Below, piece by piece: positions 9,508 to 20,025 of a DNA stretch of 64,000 nucleotides (its first letter is position 1; each line of letters starts with the position of its first letter). Both the position numbers and the translations under genes were made by a program. The stretch is from Candidatus Altiarchaeota archaeon (lineage in GTDB: Archaea > Altiarchaeota > Altiarchaeia > IMC4 > SCGC-AAA252-I15). Location of the stretch: contig JAZDMS010000001.1 in assembly GCA_043800705.1 (NCBI GenBank), positions 32,001 through 96,000 on the forward strand, read 5' to 3'. The notes under the pieces were generated by a model that ran no database searches, was not told the DNA's origin, and saw only the letters and a program-made list of their open reading frames with translations.

Positions 9508-10872
9508 CTACCTCACCTTTGGCAGCTTTTGCAGGCTCTGTCTCACAAGTTCAGCGGGATACTCGAAGTCGACGAGCTTGCCTTGTAGGTACTGGTCGTA
9601 GGCTGCCATGTCGAAGTTGCCGTGCCCGCTCAGGTTGAAGGCTATGACCTTCTCTTCCCCGGATTTCACGCACTTCCTCGCCTCGTCGATCGCGGCCTTC
9701 ACCGCGTGCGATGATTCGGGGGCTACGATTATCCCCTCCGTCTCTGCGAACATCATGGCTGCGACGAATACCTCCCTCTGGTGGTATGCCCTGGCTTCTA
9801 TGACCTTCTCGTTAGCGAGGAGGCTGACCTGCGGCGCCATGCCGTGGTACCTCAGTCCGCCGGCGTGTATGGCCTCGGGTATGAAGTCGTGGCCCAGCGT
9901 GTACATCCTCACGACCGGGGCCATCTTCGCAGTGTCTCCGAAGTCGTACTCGTACATGCCCTTCGTCAGGCTCGGGCACGCCATCGGCTCGACGGCTATC
10001 GCCCTCAGGTCCTTGTTCTTTCCGGTGAGCTTGTCCTGCAGGAACGGGAACGACATCCCCGCGAAGTTGCTGCCGCCGCCGACGCATCCGATGATTATGT
10101 CGGCCTTCTTCTCGCCCGCCTTCTTCAGCTGCTCCTTCGCTTCGATGCCTATCACGCTCTGGTGGAGGCAGACGTGGTTCAAGACGCTTCCAAGGCTGTA
10201 GTGCGTGTTCTCATGCTTCATCGCATCCTCGACGGCCTCGCTTATTGCGATTCCGAGGCTTCCCGAGCATTTCGGGTCCCTCTTCAATATGGTCTTTCCC
10301 GCGTCGGTTAGGGTGCTCGGGCTCGGCACAACCTTCGCTCCCCAGGTCTCCATCATGATCCTCCTGTAAGGCTTTGCTTCGAAGCTGCATTTGACCATAT
10401 ACACCATGCATTCCAGGTCGAAGAGCTTGCATGCGAAAGATAACGCAGAACCCCACTGGCCGGCTCCGGTTTCCGTCGCCAGCCGCTCGATGCCCTCCTT
10501 CATGTTGTAGTATGCTTGTGCTACGGCCGTGTTCGGCTTGTGGCTGCCTGCCGGGGAAACTCCTTCGTATTTGTAGTAGATGTGTGCCGGGGTCTTGAGC
10601 TTCTCCTCGAGCCTCCTTGCGCGATAAAGGGGGCTTGGCCTCCATAGCCTGTATATGTCCCTGACCTCGGAGGGTATGTCGATGTATCGGTCTGCGCTGA
10701 CCTCCTGCTTGATGAGCTCCATCGGGAACAAGGGCGCAAGGTCCTGCGGCCCGAGAGGCTTCATCGTGAGCGGGTGCAGCGGCGGGTCGAGGGGTCTTGG
10801 CAGGTCTGCGTTGATGTTGTACCACTTCTTCGGTATCTCGTTCTCGTCCAGCAGGAATTTGACTTGGTCCAT
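9508..10872 (-). CDS. trpB2: Tryptophan synthase beta chain type 2
   Basis: [42 protein letters not shown]; start at MDQVK. Confidence 0.95.
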   Translation of the reverse strand: MDQVKFLLDENEIPKKWYNINADLPRPLDPPLHPLTMKPLGPQDLAPLFPMELIKQEVSADRYIDIPSEVRDIYRLWRPSPLYRARRLEEKLKTPAHIYYKYEGVSPAGSHKPNTAVAQAYYNMKEGIERLATETGAGQWGSALSFACKLFDLECMVYMVKCSFEAKPYRRIMMETWGAKVVPSPSTLTDAGKTILKRDPKCSGSLGIAISEAVEDAMKHENTHYSLGSVLNHVCLHQSVIGIEAKEQLKKAGEKKADIIIGCVGGGSNFAGMSFPFLQDKLTGKNKDLRAIAVEPMACPSLTKGMYEYDFGDTAKMAPVVRMYTLGHDFIPEAIHAGGLRYHGMAPQVSLLANEKVIEARAYHQREVFVAAMMFAETEGIIVAPESSHAVKAAIDEARKCVKSGEEKVIAFNLSGHGNFDMAAYDQYLQGKLVDFEYPAELVRQSLQKLPKVR

Positions 10873-10873
10873 G

Positions 10874-10927
10874 AGTACAAAAATGGGAAAAACACAATAA
10901 AAATGCAAAAATGCACAAAAATATACA
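10874..10927. promoter_or_regulatory. Putative TrpY-type TRP boxes upstream of trpB2
   Basis: TGCACA-AAAA-TATACA (10912-10927) and AGTACA-AAAA (10874-10883); the same arrangement occurs upstream of trpE. Confidence 0.6.
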
Positions 10928-10969
10928 TTGCGTTGCGGGGCTTTATTCTCCATCGTTTTAATTATTTTA

Positions 10970-11761
10970 ATGCTCTATTCCCATTCACGGATCGGCTGCT
11001 TCGAGGATTGTCCGCGCTGCTTCAGATACCGTTACATAGACAAGATCCCTATCGAGTACTTCGAGACCGTCGAGCAGTTCATGGGCTCCCGCGTGCACGA
11101 GTCGCTGGAGAAACTCTACAAGGATGTGATGTCCGGCGGGCAGCCGAAGAGGGACGAGCTCATAGGCCACTATACCGATCTCTGGTCCGCGCAGATGAAT
11201 GACGGGGTCTTCGTAAACTCGGAGGATCTCGTGCACCTGGACTATCAGCTGATCGGCCAACAGTGCCTCACCGGTTACTTCGAACGGCACCATCCGTTCG
11301 ATGCCGCGAAAGTCCTCGCATGCGAGCTGAGGGTCGAAGTCGACCTCAGGGACGACGGGAACTACCGGCTCATCGGCTACATCGACAGGGTCGACCGCCG
11401 CGACGGGACCTATGAGATACACGACTACAAGACCTCTTCGCGGCTCCCCGGCCAGGCGAGCGCCGACAGGGACAGGCAGCTTGCAATCTACGAGATGGGC
11501 CTCAGGCAGAAGTGCCCCTCTGCCTCCGGTTTCGAGTACTGCTGGCATTACCTGCGCCACGGAAAGGAGCTCCGATCAAAGAGGACCGAGGCCGACCTCG
11601 AGCGGCACAAGAAGGACATAATCAAGTCGATCCACAGGATAGAGGAGGCCATAGTCGAAGACTGGTTCCCCGCAGTCAGGACGCCGAAGTGCGCCTGGTG
11701 CGAATACCAGAATGTCTGCCCTGAGAAAGCCGCGACCAGGCAGACGAAGCTCCAGGGCTGA
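10970..11761 (+). CDS. PD-(D/E)XK nuclease, RecB/AddB/Cas4-like with Fe-S staple cysteines
   Basis: [36 protein letters not shown]. Confidence 0.85.
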   Translation: MLYSHSRIGCFEDCPRCFRYRYIDKIPIEYFETVEQFMGSRVHESLEKLYKDVMSGGQPKRDELIGHYTDLWSAQMNDGVFVNSEDLVHLDYQLIGQQCLTGYFERHHPFDAAKVLACELRVEVDLRDDGNYRLIGYIDRVDRRDGTYEIHDYKTSSRLPGQASADRDRQLAIYEMGLRQKCPSASGFEYCWHYLRHGKELRSKRTEADLERHKKDIIKSIHRIEEAIVEDWFPAVRTPKCAWCEYQNVCPEKAATRQTKLQG

Positions 11762-11771
11762 CAGGCAACCG

Positions 11772-12533
11772 CTACCGTGTCGCATCCTTCAGAGCCCCGA
11801 TGTACTCGGACACGCACCGGCCCTCTCCGACGAGCCTTACGATCCCGCTGCCGACGATCGCGGCATCCGCGCCGAACGAGATGACCTGTCTGACATGTTC
11901 CGGTGTGCTGATTCCGAAGCCGACCCCTAGCGGCAGTTTCGTCTTCTTCCTTACTCTTGCGATGAGGCCCTTCAGCTTCGGGGAAAGCTCGTCCCTCGCC
12001 CCGGTAGTGCCTAAAAGCGCTACGATGTAGATGAATCCCGACGCGGCCTTCATGATGCGGGTGAGCCTCTTGTCGGGCGTCGTCTCGGCTACGAGGAAAA
12101 TGAGGTCCACATCGTTCCTCCTCAGATGGGTCAATAGCGGCTTCGCCTCCTCTAGGGGTAAGTCTGGGATTATGAGGCCGTCTATTCCCGATTCTGCGCA
12201 TGCCTTTGCGAACCTCTCGAGGCCGTACTGAAGGGCCAGGTTGTAATATGTGAGGCAGACGAGGGGGGTATCGTACCTCTCATCCACCCTCTTCGCCAGT
12301 TCGAAATACCTGTCTGTGTTCATCCCCGCATTCAGGGCCCTCATCCCCGCCTCCTGTATGGTCTTCCCGTCCGCGACCGGGTCGCTGAACGGGAGGCCCA
12401 GCTCCAGGACGTCGGCTCCAGCCTCTATGGCTTCGCAGGCGGTCTCGAACGACTCATCGAGTGTCGGGTCCCCTGCGACGATGAATGCGATCAGCTTTTT
12501 TCCGCCCGTCAGCCTTTTCTCAAGGGTGTTCAC
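11772..12533 (-). CDS. trpA: Tryptophan synthase alpha chain
   Basis: [29 protein letters not shown]. Confidence 0.97.
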   Translation of the reverse strand: MNTLEKRLTGGKKLIAFIVAGDPTLDESFETACEAIEAGADVLELGLPFSDPVADGKTIQEAGMRALNAGMNTDRYFELAKRVDERYDTPLVCLTYYNLALQYGLERFAKACAESGIDGLIIPDLPLEEAKPLLTHLRRNDVDLIFLVAETTPDKRLTRIMKAASGFIYIVALLGTTGARDELSPKLKGLIARVRKKTKLPLGVGFGISTPEHVRQVISFGADAAIVGSGIVRLVGEGRCVSEYIGALKDATR

Positions 12534-13699
12534 AATTTCACCCCCAGGTAGTCTCCGATGGTGTGGACGTCCTTGTCCCCCCTGCCGGATATCGTGACTA
12601 CGATAATTCCCTTCCGCATACCCTTCGCCATCTTCAGAGCGTGTGCGACCGCATGCGCGCTCTCAAGCGCGGGAAGTATCCCCTCGGATTCGCACAGCTT
12701 CCTCACCGCATCCACCGCCTCCTTGTCCGTGGCGGACACGTTCTGAAGCCTTCCGGTCTCCTTCAGGTGCGCAAGCTGCGGACCGACTCCTGGATAGTCC
12801 AGCCCAGCGGATATGCTGTGGGAGACCTGTATCTGGCCGTATCTGTCCTGTAGGAGCTTCGTATGCATTCCGTGCAGTACGCCGTCGGAGCCCTTAGCCA
12901 AGGTGGCGCCGTGCTTCGGAGTGGACAAGCCCTCTCCAGCCGCCTCGACGCCCACAAGCATCGTCTTCGTCCCTATGAAGTCGTAGAATGAACCCATAGC
13001 GTTCGAGCCTCCCCCGACGCATGCGACGATCGCGTCCGGCAGCCTCCCCTCGTTTGCCATGATCTGCCTCTTCGTCTCCATGCCGATCACCCTCTGAAAA
13101 TCCCTGACGATCGTAGGATACGGGTGAGGCCCTACGACGGAACCTATGCAGTAGTATGTGTCTTCGACGTTCGTGAGCCAGTCCCTCATCGCCTCGTTCG
13201 TGGCGTCCTTCAGCGTCTTCGAACCCGACTCCGATGGTATGACTTTTGCGCCCATAAGCTCCATCCTGAAGACGTTGAGCCTCTGCCTCCTCATGTCCTC
13301 AGTCCCCATGTGGACCTCGCACTTGAGTCCCAAAGCCGCGCATGCGATCGCGGTGGCGACGCCGTGCTGGCCCGCTCCCGTCTCGGCGATGACCCTCCCC
13401 TTTCCCATCCTCTTCGCCAGGAGGACCTGGCCGAGGGTGTTGTTCAATTTATGCGCCCCGCCGTGGACGAGGTCTTCCCTCTTCAGGTAGAATTTCACGC
13501 CGTATTCCCTGCCGAGGTTGGCTGCAAGATAGAGGGGGGTCGGCCGGCCTGCGAACTCCCGAAGCAGGTATCGGAGCTCCTTCTTGAACTTCAGGTCTTT
13601 TCCGTATTTTCTGTAGGCCGCATCCAACTCCTCCAAGGCGGGCATGAGCGTCTCGGGCGAGAACTGCCCCCCGTACCTTCCGAACCTTCCTATAGGCAT
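12530..13699 (-). CDS. trpB: Tryptophan synthase beta chain type 1
   Basis: [41 protein letters not shown]. Confidence 0.97.
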   Translation of the reverse strand: MPIGRFGRYGGQFSPETLMPALEELDAAYRKYGKDLKFKKELRYLLREFAGRPTPLYLAANLGREYGVKFYLKREDLVHGGAHKLNNTLGQVLLAKRMGKGRVIAETGAGQHGVATAIACAALGLKCEVHMGTEDMRRQRLNVFRMELMGAKVIPSESGSKTLKDATNEAMRDWLTNVEDTYYCIGSVVGPHPYPTIVRDFQRVIGMETKRQIMANEGRLPDAIVACVGGGSNAMGSFYDFIGTKTMLVGVEAAGEGLSTPKHGATLAKGSDGVLHGMHTKLLQDRYGQIQVSHSISAGLDYPGVGPQLAHLKETGRLQNVSATDKEAVDAVRKLCESEGILPALESAHAVAHALKMAKGMRKGIIVVTISGRGDKDVHTIGDYLGVKL

Positions 13700-14331
13700 C
13701 GTGTCACCTCGATTAATTCTTTGACCTTCCGGGAGTCCTTCACGCCAGGGCTTGATTCCACACCTGATGAGACATCGACCGCATATGGGCGCACGAGCTT
13801 AGCCGCAGCCATTACATTGCCAGGATTGAGCCCTCCTGAGAGCATGATCCTCTTGCCTGTCCTGGCCTTTATCTCCAGGTCCGATTCGCGGTCGTGTGTC
13901 CTGCCAGTCCCTCCGACATTGGCTCCGACCTTGGTGTCCAGAAGTAGGATATCCGCGTACTCGGCAACGGACTCAACATATCCCATGTCGGTGCATCCGT
14001 CGATGTGTATCGCCTTTATTATCTGGCAGTCGACATTGTCCCTGAGTTCCGAGAGGAACTCCGGCGACTCGAAGCCGTGCAGCTGGATCCCGTCCGGCTC
14101 TAGCCTCCTGCAGATGTCCACGGCTTCGTCGACAGTCTTCGGCATCGTCACGGCGATGAATTCTCGGCCGAAACCGGCAATGGAGGCCTTGATATGCAGG
14201 GCCTTCTCGGCAGTTATTTTCCTCGGGCTCTCCACTGGAACGTCCACTATGACGCCTATTGAGTGCGCTCCTGATACCAGGCACAATATCGCATCCTTCG
14301 CGGATGTTATCCCGCAGATCTTTACTTTCAT
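13690..14331 (-). CDS. trpF: Phosphoribosylanthranilate isomerase
   Basis: [33 protein letters not shown]. Confidence 0.95.
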   Translation of the reverse strand: MKVKICGITSAKDAILCLVSGAHSIGVIVDVPVESPRKITAEKALHIKASIAGFGREFIAVTMPKTVDEAVDICRRLEPDGIQLHGFESPEFLSELRDNVDCQIIKAIHIDGCTDMGYVESVAEYADILLLDTKVGANVGGTGRTHDRESDLEIKARTGKRIMLSGGLNPGNVMAAAKLVRPYAVDVSSGVESSPGVKDSRKVKELIEVTRCL

Positions 14332-15083
14332 CGCATAAGCTCCCCCAGCTTTTCGGCGATATTGTGCGACCTCATCAGCGACGATCCGATGAGCACCGCA
14401 TCAGCCCCCGCATCCTCCATCCTCCTGACGTCATGCCTCGTCTTAATCCCGCTTTCCGCGACAAGGAGCATGTCTTTTGGGACCTTCGGCGCAATGGCCT
14501 CGAAAGTCCCGAGGTCGACATTAAGCGTCTTCAGGTCCCTGTTGTTGACGCCTAACAGGTTCGATCCCGACTCGAGGGCGTATTCCAGCTCCGAGCCGTC
14601 GTGAACCTCCACGAGGCACTCTAGGCCTAGATTCCTGGCGAAATCGACGAATTCCGGGGTCTTCTCCTTCAGGAGGGCGACTATCAGGAGGATCGCATCG
14701 GCGCCAAAGAAAATAGCCTCCTCGATTTGTCGTACGCTGACTATGAAATCCTTCCTCAGGACAGGTATGCCTGCAACGTCCTTCACAGCGGACAGATCCT
14801 CCAGGCTGCCTCCGAAATGAGGCCCCTCCGTGAGGACGGAGATTGCAGAAGCGCCGGCAGCCTCGTATTCCCTGGCGACACTGACGGAGTCGGCTTCGCT
14901 GAGGACACCCTCGGCGGGGCTCTTCCTCTTGAACTCGCATATGAACGACATTCCCGGCTTTCCGAGAGCCTCGGCAAGGCTCAATCTCCTCCTGAAAACC
15001 ATGGGTGATCCCCCGGCGCTCGAGGCTCGCGCGAACGAAGCCTCACGCGCCCCCGAAGATGCGATCTCTTGCAGGAAATCCAT
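14328..15083 (-). CDS. trpC: Indole-3-glycerol phosphate synthase
   Basis: EFKRKSP, ISVLTE, LRKDF, GVNNRDL, AESGI. Confidence 0.95.
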   Translation of the reverse strand: MDFLQEIASSGAREASFARASSAGGSPMVFRRRLSLAEALGKPGMSFICEFKRKSPAEGVLSEADSVSVAREYEAAGASAISVLTEGPHFGGSLEDLSAVKDVAGIPVLRKDFIVSVRQIEEAIFFGADAILLIVALLKEKTPEFVDFARNLGLECLVEVHDGSELEYALESGSNLLGVNNRDLKTLNVDLGTFEAIAPKVPKDMLLVAESGIKTRHDVRRMEDAGADAVLIGSSLMRSHNIAEKLGELMR

Positions 15084-15084
15084 G

Positions 15085-16098
15085 TCAACCCCTCGTATAT
15101 GCTATGAATTCGTCTAATTTGTCCGATGCACCACCCGAGTCTATCACCTTGCCCGCGATCTCGCAGGCGGATTGCAGGTCGTCGACCACGCCGCCGACGG
15201 CCAAGCCGGCAGCCGCATTCAAGACGACAATATCTCTCTTCGCCCCCTTGATCTCACCGCTGAAGACCCCCCTGATGATTTTCGCATTATCCCCCGCGTC
15301 GCCGCCTTTCAGGTCCTCGAGCCGTGCCTTGTCGAATCCGAGGGTCGCGGAGCCGAAGACATAATTCCTGACGGTGCCGCCGTTCAGTTCGCTGACTTTG
15401 GTGGGGCCGATCGTGGAGAACTCGTCGAGGCCTGGGTGTCCGTTGACGACGAACGCCCTCCTGAGCCCGAGGAGCCTGAAGACTTCCGCCAGCCTCTCCG
15501 TCAGCGACGGGTCATAGACCCCCATTATCTGCGCCTTCGCGCCTGCGGGATTCGTCAACGGGCCGAGGATGTTGAAGACAGTCCTGATGCCAAGCTGCTT
15601 CCTGACGGGCATCACATGCTTCATCGCAGGATGATGCGCCGGCGCGAACATGAAACCGATGCCGACCTCTTCGATGCATGATTCGATCCTCTCCGGCCTC
15701 AGGTCTATCCTGGCGCCGAGCGCCTCCAGGACATCCGCGCTCCCGCACTTTGAAGTGAAGCTCCTGTTGCCGTGTTTTGCCACCGGGACGCCTCCGGCCG
15801 CGACCACGAAGGATGCTGCAGTGGAGATGTTGAACGTCCCGCTCCCGTCCCCTCCCGTCCCGCACATGTCGACGAGTATCCCGCTGACCTTCGGGCGGAT
15901 CTTGACGGCGTACTCCCTCATGACCTTCGCCATCGCGGCGATCTCCCCCGGGCTTTCGCCCTTCATCTTCAATGCGACCAGGAACGCTGCGACGTCCACT
16001 TCCGCAGCCGTACCGCTCATCATCGCCTTCATCGCATCTTCGGCCTCATTCGGGCTCAGGTCGATCATCTCGGTAAGTTTCTGCAATCCGTCCATCAT
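15085..16098 (-). CDS. trpD: Anthranilate phosphoribosyltransferase
   Basis: CGTGGDG..TFNIST, KHGNRS, RTVFNILGPLTNP. Confidence 0.97.
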   Translation of the reverse strand: MMDGLQKLTEMIDLSPNEAEDAMKAMMSGTAAEVDVAAFLVALKMKGESPGEIAAMAKVMREYAVKIRPKVSGILVDMCGTGGDGSGTFNISTAASFVVAAGGVPVAKHGNRSFTSKCGSADVLEALGARIDLRPERIESCIEEVGIGFMFAPAHHPAMKHVMPVRKQLGIRTVFNILGPLTNPAGAKAQIMGVYDPSLTERLAEVFRLLGLRRAFVVNGHPGLDEFSTIGPTKVSELNGGTVRNYVFGSATLGFDKARLEDLKGGDAGDNAKIIRGVFSGEIKGAKRDIVVLNAAAGLAVGGVVDDLQSACEIAGKVIDSGGASDKLDEFIAYTRG

Positions 16099-16676
16099 TT
16101 TTTCCCCTCCAGAAAATTTCCTATTATCCTCATCCCATCCCTCGTCAGAATGGATTCGGGATGGAACTGCACCCCGAACACCGGGTATTTCACATGCTCC
16201 AAGGCCATGATCTCCCTGTCGTCGTCCTGAGTCCTGGCAGTCACCCTGAGCTCATTCGGCAGCCCCTCGTCGAATACCGCAAGCGAATGGTATCGTGTGG
16301 CCTCAAAGGGATTTGGAAGACCCCTTAGGACTCCGGCCCCGTCATGTTCGATCCTGCTTGTCTTCCCGTGCATCTGCCTCTTCGCATGGCCGACCCTACC
16401 CCCGAAGACATACGCTATGCACTGGTGGCCGAGGCAGACGCCCAGTGTCGGGATGGACGGACCATATTCCCTGATCGCGTAATTGCTGACTCCTGCGTCC
16501 TGCGGCCTCTTCGGGCCCGGGGATATTATCATCCTGTCGGCGTCTGACGCCGCCCTGTCCAAATCGTCCTCCGATGCGGAGTTCATTATAACGGACGGAT
16601 TGCCGCCCAAAATCCCCACATACTGGACGAGGTTGTATGTGAAACTGTCGATGTTATCTACGACCAAAGTCCTCAT
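16095..16676 (-). CDS. trpG: Anthranilate synthase component II
   Basis: DSFTYNL, SPGP, GVCLGHQ, RYHSL, QFHPES. Confidence 0.95.
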   Translation of the reverse strand: MRTLVVDNIDSFTYNLVQYVGILGGNPSVIMNSASEDDLDRAASDADRMIISPGPKRPQDAGVSNYAIREYGPSIPTLGVCLGHQCIAYVFGGRVGHAKRQMHGKTSRIEHDGAGVLRGLPNPFEATRYHSLAVFDEGLPNELRVTARTQDDDREIMALEHVKYPVFGVQFHPESILTRDGMRIIGNFLEGKK

Positions 16677-18070
16677 TTCCCCGCCTCCAAAGCCTTCAGC
16701 AGCGCCTTCCCCTTGTTCATGGTCTCCTTGTATTCAAGCTCCGGCTTCGAGTCTGCGACTATCCCGGCCCCGACCTGGACGTATCCCTCGTCTTTCTCGA
16801 AGACGACAGTCCTGATGGCGATAGCGGTGTCCATCGACCTGTTGAAGCTGAAATACCCTATTGCGCCGGCGTATATCCCCCTGCGCGTCGGCTCCAGTTC
16901 GTCGATTATCTCCATCGCCCTGATCTTGGGGGCGCCGGACACCGTACCAGCGGGGAAGATGCTTTTTAGCGCGTTAAATTCGGTGAGGCCCTCCTTCAGA
17001 GTGCCTGTCACCTCGGAGCTCAGGTGCATGACGTGGCTGTACCTTTCTACTTCCATGAACTTCGGCACCTTGACGCTGCCGTACTCCGCCACTTTGCCGA
17101 CGTCGTTGCGGCCGAGGTCTATGAGCATCAGGTGCTCGGCCTTCTCCTTCTCGTCCGCAAGGAGTTCCTTCTCCATTGCATCGTCCTCTTCCGAATCCTT
17201 CCCCCTCTTCCTCGTCCCGGCGATGGGATACGTCGATACTGTCCTCCCTTCGACGCGGGCCAGGGTCTCCGGGCTTGATCCGACAACCTCCCTTTCGCCG
17301 AAGTCGAGGAAGTACATGTACGGGCTCGGGTTTATCTGTCTAAGGCGCTGATAGACCCTGAATTTGTCCCCCTCGTACTTCCTAGTGAGCCTCTGCGAAA
17401 GCACGATTTGGAAGGCGTCCCCCTCCCTTATGTAGTCCTTCGCATCCGAGACCGCGGATTCGAACTCCTGCCTGCTCATGTTTGCAATCGGCTCGATCCT
17501 CTCCGTCGCATCCTCCGCCTCGGCGTCTTGATGCGAGACGATCCTGTGGGAGATGTCCTCCAGCCTTCGAAGCGATGCTTCCACGTCCACCTCACTGCCG
17601 CCGAGAAAATGGTTCTCGACGAGGTACGTCTCCCTCGTCTTGTGGTCGAAGATAATGTTGTTCTTCGTGAGGACGAACTCGCAGTCCGGCTGTTTCAGGT
17701 CGTCGACTGCGTGCCCCATGCTGACATAGCCTCTGACGACGTCGTATCCCATGTAGCCGACGAATCCTCCGCTGAACCTTGACAGCGACGGCCCTCTCGA
17801 CGGATACGGGCTAATCAGCGATTCCAGGACATCGAAGGCGTTCTCGCCCTTCGGCTCCGCTTTGAATTCAGGATCGAACGTCTCTAAATTTATCGACCCG
17901 TCCTTCATGGATAATTTTGCGGCAGGGTTGAATCCTATAAAACTGTACCTGGCCTTCTTCAGACTCCCCCCAATCGACTCCAACAGGTACGTGTTGGGGC
18001 CGCGGACCGCAGAATACGTGTATTCCGGGTCTGATTCGCGGACCTTGATGAACGTCTGATTGACTTCCAT
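16673..18070 (-). CDS. trpE: Anthranilate synthase component I
   Basis: LLES, NPSPYM, PIAGT, EHLMLIDLGRND, GTVSGAPK; start at MEVNQ. Confidence 0.95.
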   Translation of the reverse strand: MEVNQTFIKVRESDPEYTYSAVRGPNTYLLESIGGSLKKARYSFIGFNPAAKLSMKDGSINLETFDPEFKAEPKGENAFDVLESLISPYPSRGPSLSRFSGGFVGYMGYDVVRGYVSMGHAVDDLKQPDCEFVLTKNNIIFDHKTRETYLVENHFLGGSEVDVEASLRRLEDISHRIVSHQDAEAEDATERIEPIANMSRQEFESAVSDAKDYIREGDAFQIVLSQRLTRKYEGDKFRVYQRLRQINPSPYMYFLDFGEREVVGSSPETLARVEGRTVSTYPIAGTRKRGKDSEEDDAMEKELLADEKEKAEHLMLIDLGRNDVGKVAEYGSVKVPKFMEVERYSHVMHLSSEVTGTLKEGLTEFNALKSIFPAGTVSGAPKIRAMEIIDELEPTRRGIYAGAIGYFSFNRSMDTAIAIRTVVFEKDEGYVQVGAGIVADSKPELEYKETMNKGKALLKALEAGK

Positions 18071-18082
18071 GATCCAATAATA

Positions 18083-18115
18083 TGTAAAAAGCATATAAAT
18101 ATACAAAAATGTACT
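18083..18115. promoter_or_regulatory. Putative TrpY-type TRP boxes and TATA region upstream of trpE
   Basis: TATACA-AAAA-TGTACT at 18100-18115 next to an AT-rich TATA-like stretch. Confidence 0.6.
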
Positions 18116-18254
18116 GTTAAGGGCATTGTTGCAAAGACGGGGGAAGGTCAAAAGCGTTGCAACGCGGGGGATGAAGGCGGAAACAGAAATAGAGACGGTA
18201 TTCTATTGAAATCTAGCGTATAGTTTACCCTCTATCCTGCCGCTTACTTTGTCC

Positions 18255-18458
18255 CTAGAGCAGATGCACGAGTACAGCTAACACGTTCAAGCCAAGCCAC
18301 CCTGCTAATAGCAGGATACCTAGTTTTATGGCTGCTTCAGCCATTCTTGACAAGACATCTGCCATTCGCATGAACAGATATCCGCCAATGAACAGTGCTA
18401 GGATTCCTCCTACACCGTTGCCTAAGAGAAGTAAGCTCCAAAAAGAGCTTGCTTCCAT
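18255..18458 (-). CDS. Small hypothetical 2-TM membrane protein (IS cargo)
   Basis: 67 aa with two hydrophobic segments. Confidence 0.5.
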   Translation of the reverse strand: MEASSFWSLLLLGNGVGGILALFIGGYLFMRMADVLSRMAEAAIKLGILLLAGWLGLNVLAVLVHLL

Positions 18459-18521
18459 GTTGTTGCAATTTTTATACTGGTAATCGGAGAATATAAAGAC
18501 TCATGTTGTTGCAAACTGGGT

Positions 18522-18566
18522 TAATTGGGGGGTATTGTTCTACACAATACCTATACCCCCCTAATT
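18522..18566 (-). terminator. Hairpin directly after the transposase stop
   Basis: AATTGGGGGGTAT...ATACCCCCCTAATT inverted repeat. Confidence 0.35.
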
Positions 18567-19078
18567 TTATCCTATTACAGACTGTCTTAGTAGGCCCATC
18601 CATTTGTTCTGTCCGAGATTGAGAATTATTCCTGCTTTCTGTGCTGGTGTTTGTCCTTCTAGTGCTTGGTGTTCTCGTATGTAGTTGTAGTAGTCATTAA
18701 ACCCGTCTACTAGGACTTGGGCTGTTTTGTTGTTCTTGTAGCTCCGTATTACCTTATCCCGTTCTCGTACTGTGTTATGGTATCGTTCTATCGCATTGTT
18801 GTTTTCCCTGTGGCTTCTTATGGTCGGGCATCGGAAATGTTTTGTAATACCTAACTGGCTCTTACTGGCTTTATTGTAGGCTTGTAAGCCGTCCGTAAAC
18901 AGGTATTCGGGTGTGGTTCCTGCCTGTTTCCTTGCCTTACTTAGGTGCTTGCTGGCATCCTCAATGTATCGTTGGTCTGTGATGTGTGAGCCTAGTAGGA
19001 AACGGCTGTCTTTGTCCATGACATTCCATTGCCACTTCTTCTTGCCTGCTATGTTCACCATCATCTCGTCAGAGTGCC
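18567..19078 (-). pseudogene. IS6-family DDE transposase, 5'-truncated
   Basis: HSDEMMV..KWQWNVMD.DSRFLL, FTDGLQAY, NNAIERYHNTVRER, YYNYIREHQAL.GQTPAQKAG; N-terminal DNA-binding part missing. Confidence 0.85.
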
Positions 19079-19081
19079 GCT

Positions 19082-19180
19082 AAATTCAGGCAGGAAATAG
19101 CAAAACGCCTTGGCATGAAAAAAGGGAACATATAAACGGCTATAGAAGAGGCTATAACAGACTGGATTACAAAAAAATGA
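19082..19180 (+). pseudogene. Ribbon-helix-helix-like protein remnant
   Basis: KFRQEIAKRLGMKKGNI*TAIEEAITDWITKK*; no start codon and an internal TAA. Confidence 0.55.
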
Positions 19181-19267
19181 CTATATTAACCTATTTTTCC
19201 AGTAATAAGCAAGAGAAAAGCAACAAGTATTTAAATACATATACGTACTGTGCTGTGAGGTGAAAAA

Positions 19268-19471
19268 ATGTCAAAGGTTGTGAAGGTTTTATACAAACCA
19301 GTTTCATCCATACCTGATGAAATAAGAGAAGCAAACAATATCCCTAGCCGTGGCTATGTAGAACTAAAATGGACAAACTCACAACCGTCATTTACGATAA
19401 CCCCCATAGGATTACCGGGTAGTAGGGTAAAAGATGTTTTAAAAGAAGAGGGGATAAAATTTAATCTTTAA
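19268..19471 (+). CDS. Small protein, possibly AbrB/MazE-like
   Basis: GAGGTGA RBS; SIPDEIREANNI...GYVELKW resembles the AbrB motif. Confidence 0.5.
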   Translation: MSKVVKVLYKPVSSIPDEIREANNIPSRGYVELKWTNSQPSFTITPIGLPGSRVKDVLKEEGIKFNL

Positions 19472-19488
19472 TTTTTTGGTGATATTTT

Positions 19489-20025
19489 TTGGATTCTACT
19501 CCTGAGAGTAATCCTTTTCGAGGGGCTACTCTAATACTCACAAAAGAACATATTCGACCATTGTTGAATGATAGTACTGACGATTACCAAATCCAATATC
19601 TCCTAGCATATGCAAGTGACTATGGATGTGATGTCTATATAACGGGGAAAGTGTTTAAAGAAATTAAGGAAGTTGTAGGAGAAAATAATACTGCTCTTCA
19701 AGCGATTAAGGGTTGTTTCAAAGATGGTAGTGACGATGTTGGAGAAACAGATTTCGGCAGCGAAGAACAGGATATGACTTACCTCTATTGTTCCCTATAT
19801 ACACAGGATAAGAATAAAAAAATATGGCTGGTTTATGATGATTATGATAAGATTAAATGCACTAATCACGACCATATAAAGCCTTTGCAAGCTCAACTAA
19901 AATTATGTGGGATAGATAAGATTAACATAAAAGTAATAAGTTTAGAAAAATTCGTTACAGCAACCGGAGTTTTCGATGAGGAATTTAAGAAGAAAATAGA
20001 CTCCTATTCTACAGGAACTTACTAA
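19489..20025 (+). CDS. Hypothetical protein, possibly divergent PIN fold
   Basis: 178-aa ORF with GGTGA RBS; VYIT..V.KEI and IWLVYDD spacing is PIN-like but the first Asp is absent. Confidence 0.45.
   Translation: MDSTPESNPFRGATLILTKEHIRPLLNDSTDDYQIQYLLAYASDYGCDVYITGKVFKEIKEVVGENNTALQAIKGCFKDGSDDVGETDFGSEEQDMTYLYCSLYTQDKNKKIWLVYDDYDKIKCTNHDHIKPLQAQLKLCGIDKINIKVISLEKFVTATGVFDEEFKKKIDSYSTGTY

Noticed and set aside
10970-11761. CRISPR-associated cas4
   Set aside because: No cas1/cas2 or array nearby; treated as a solo nuclease
9508-13699. Two trpB genes as a novelty
   Set aside because: Co-occurrence of TrpB1 and TrpB2 is well known in archaea
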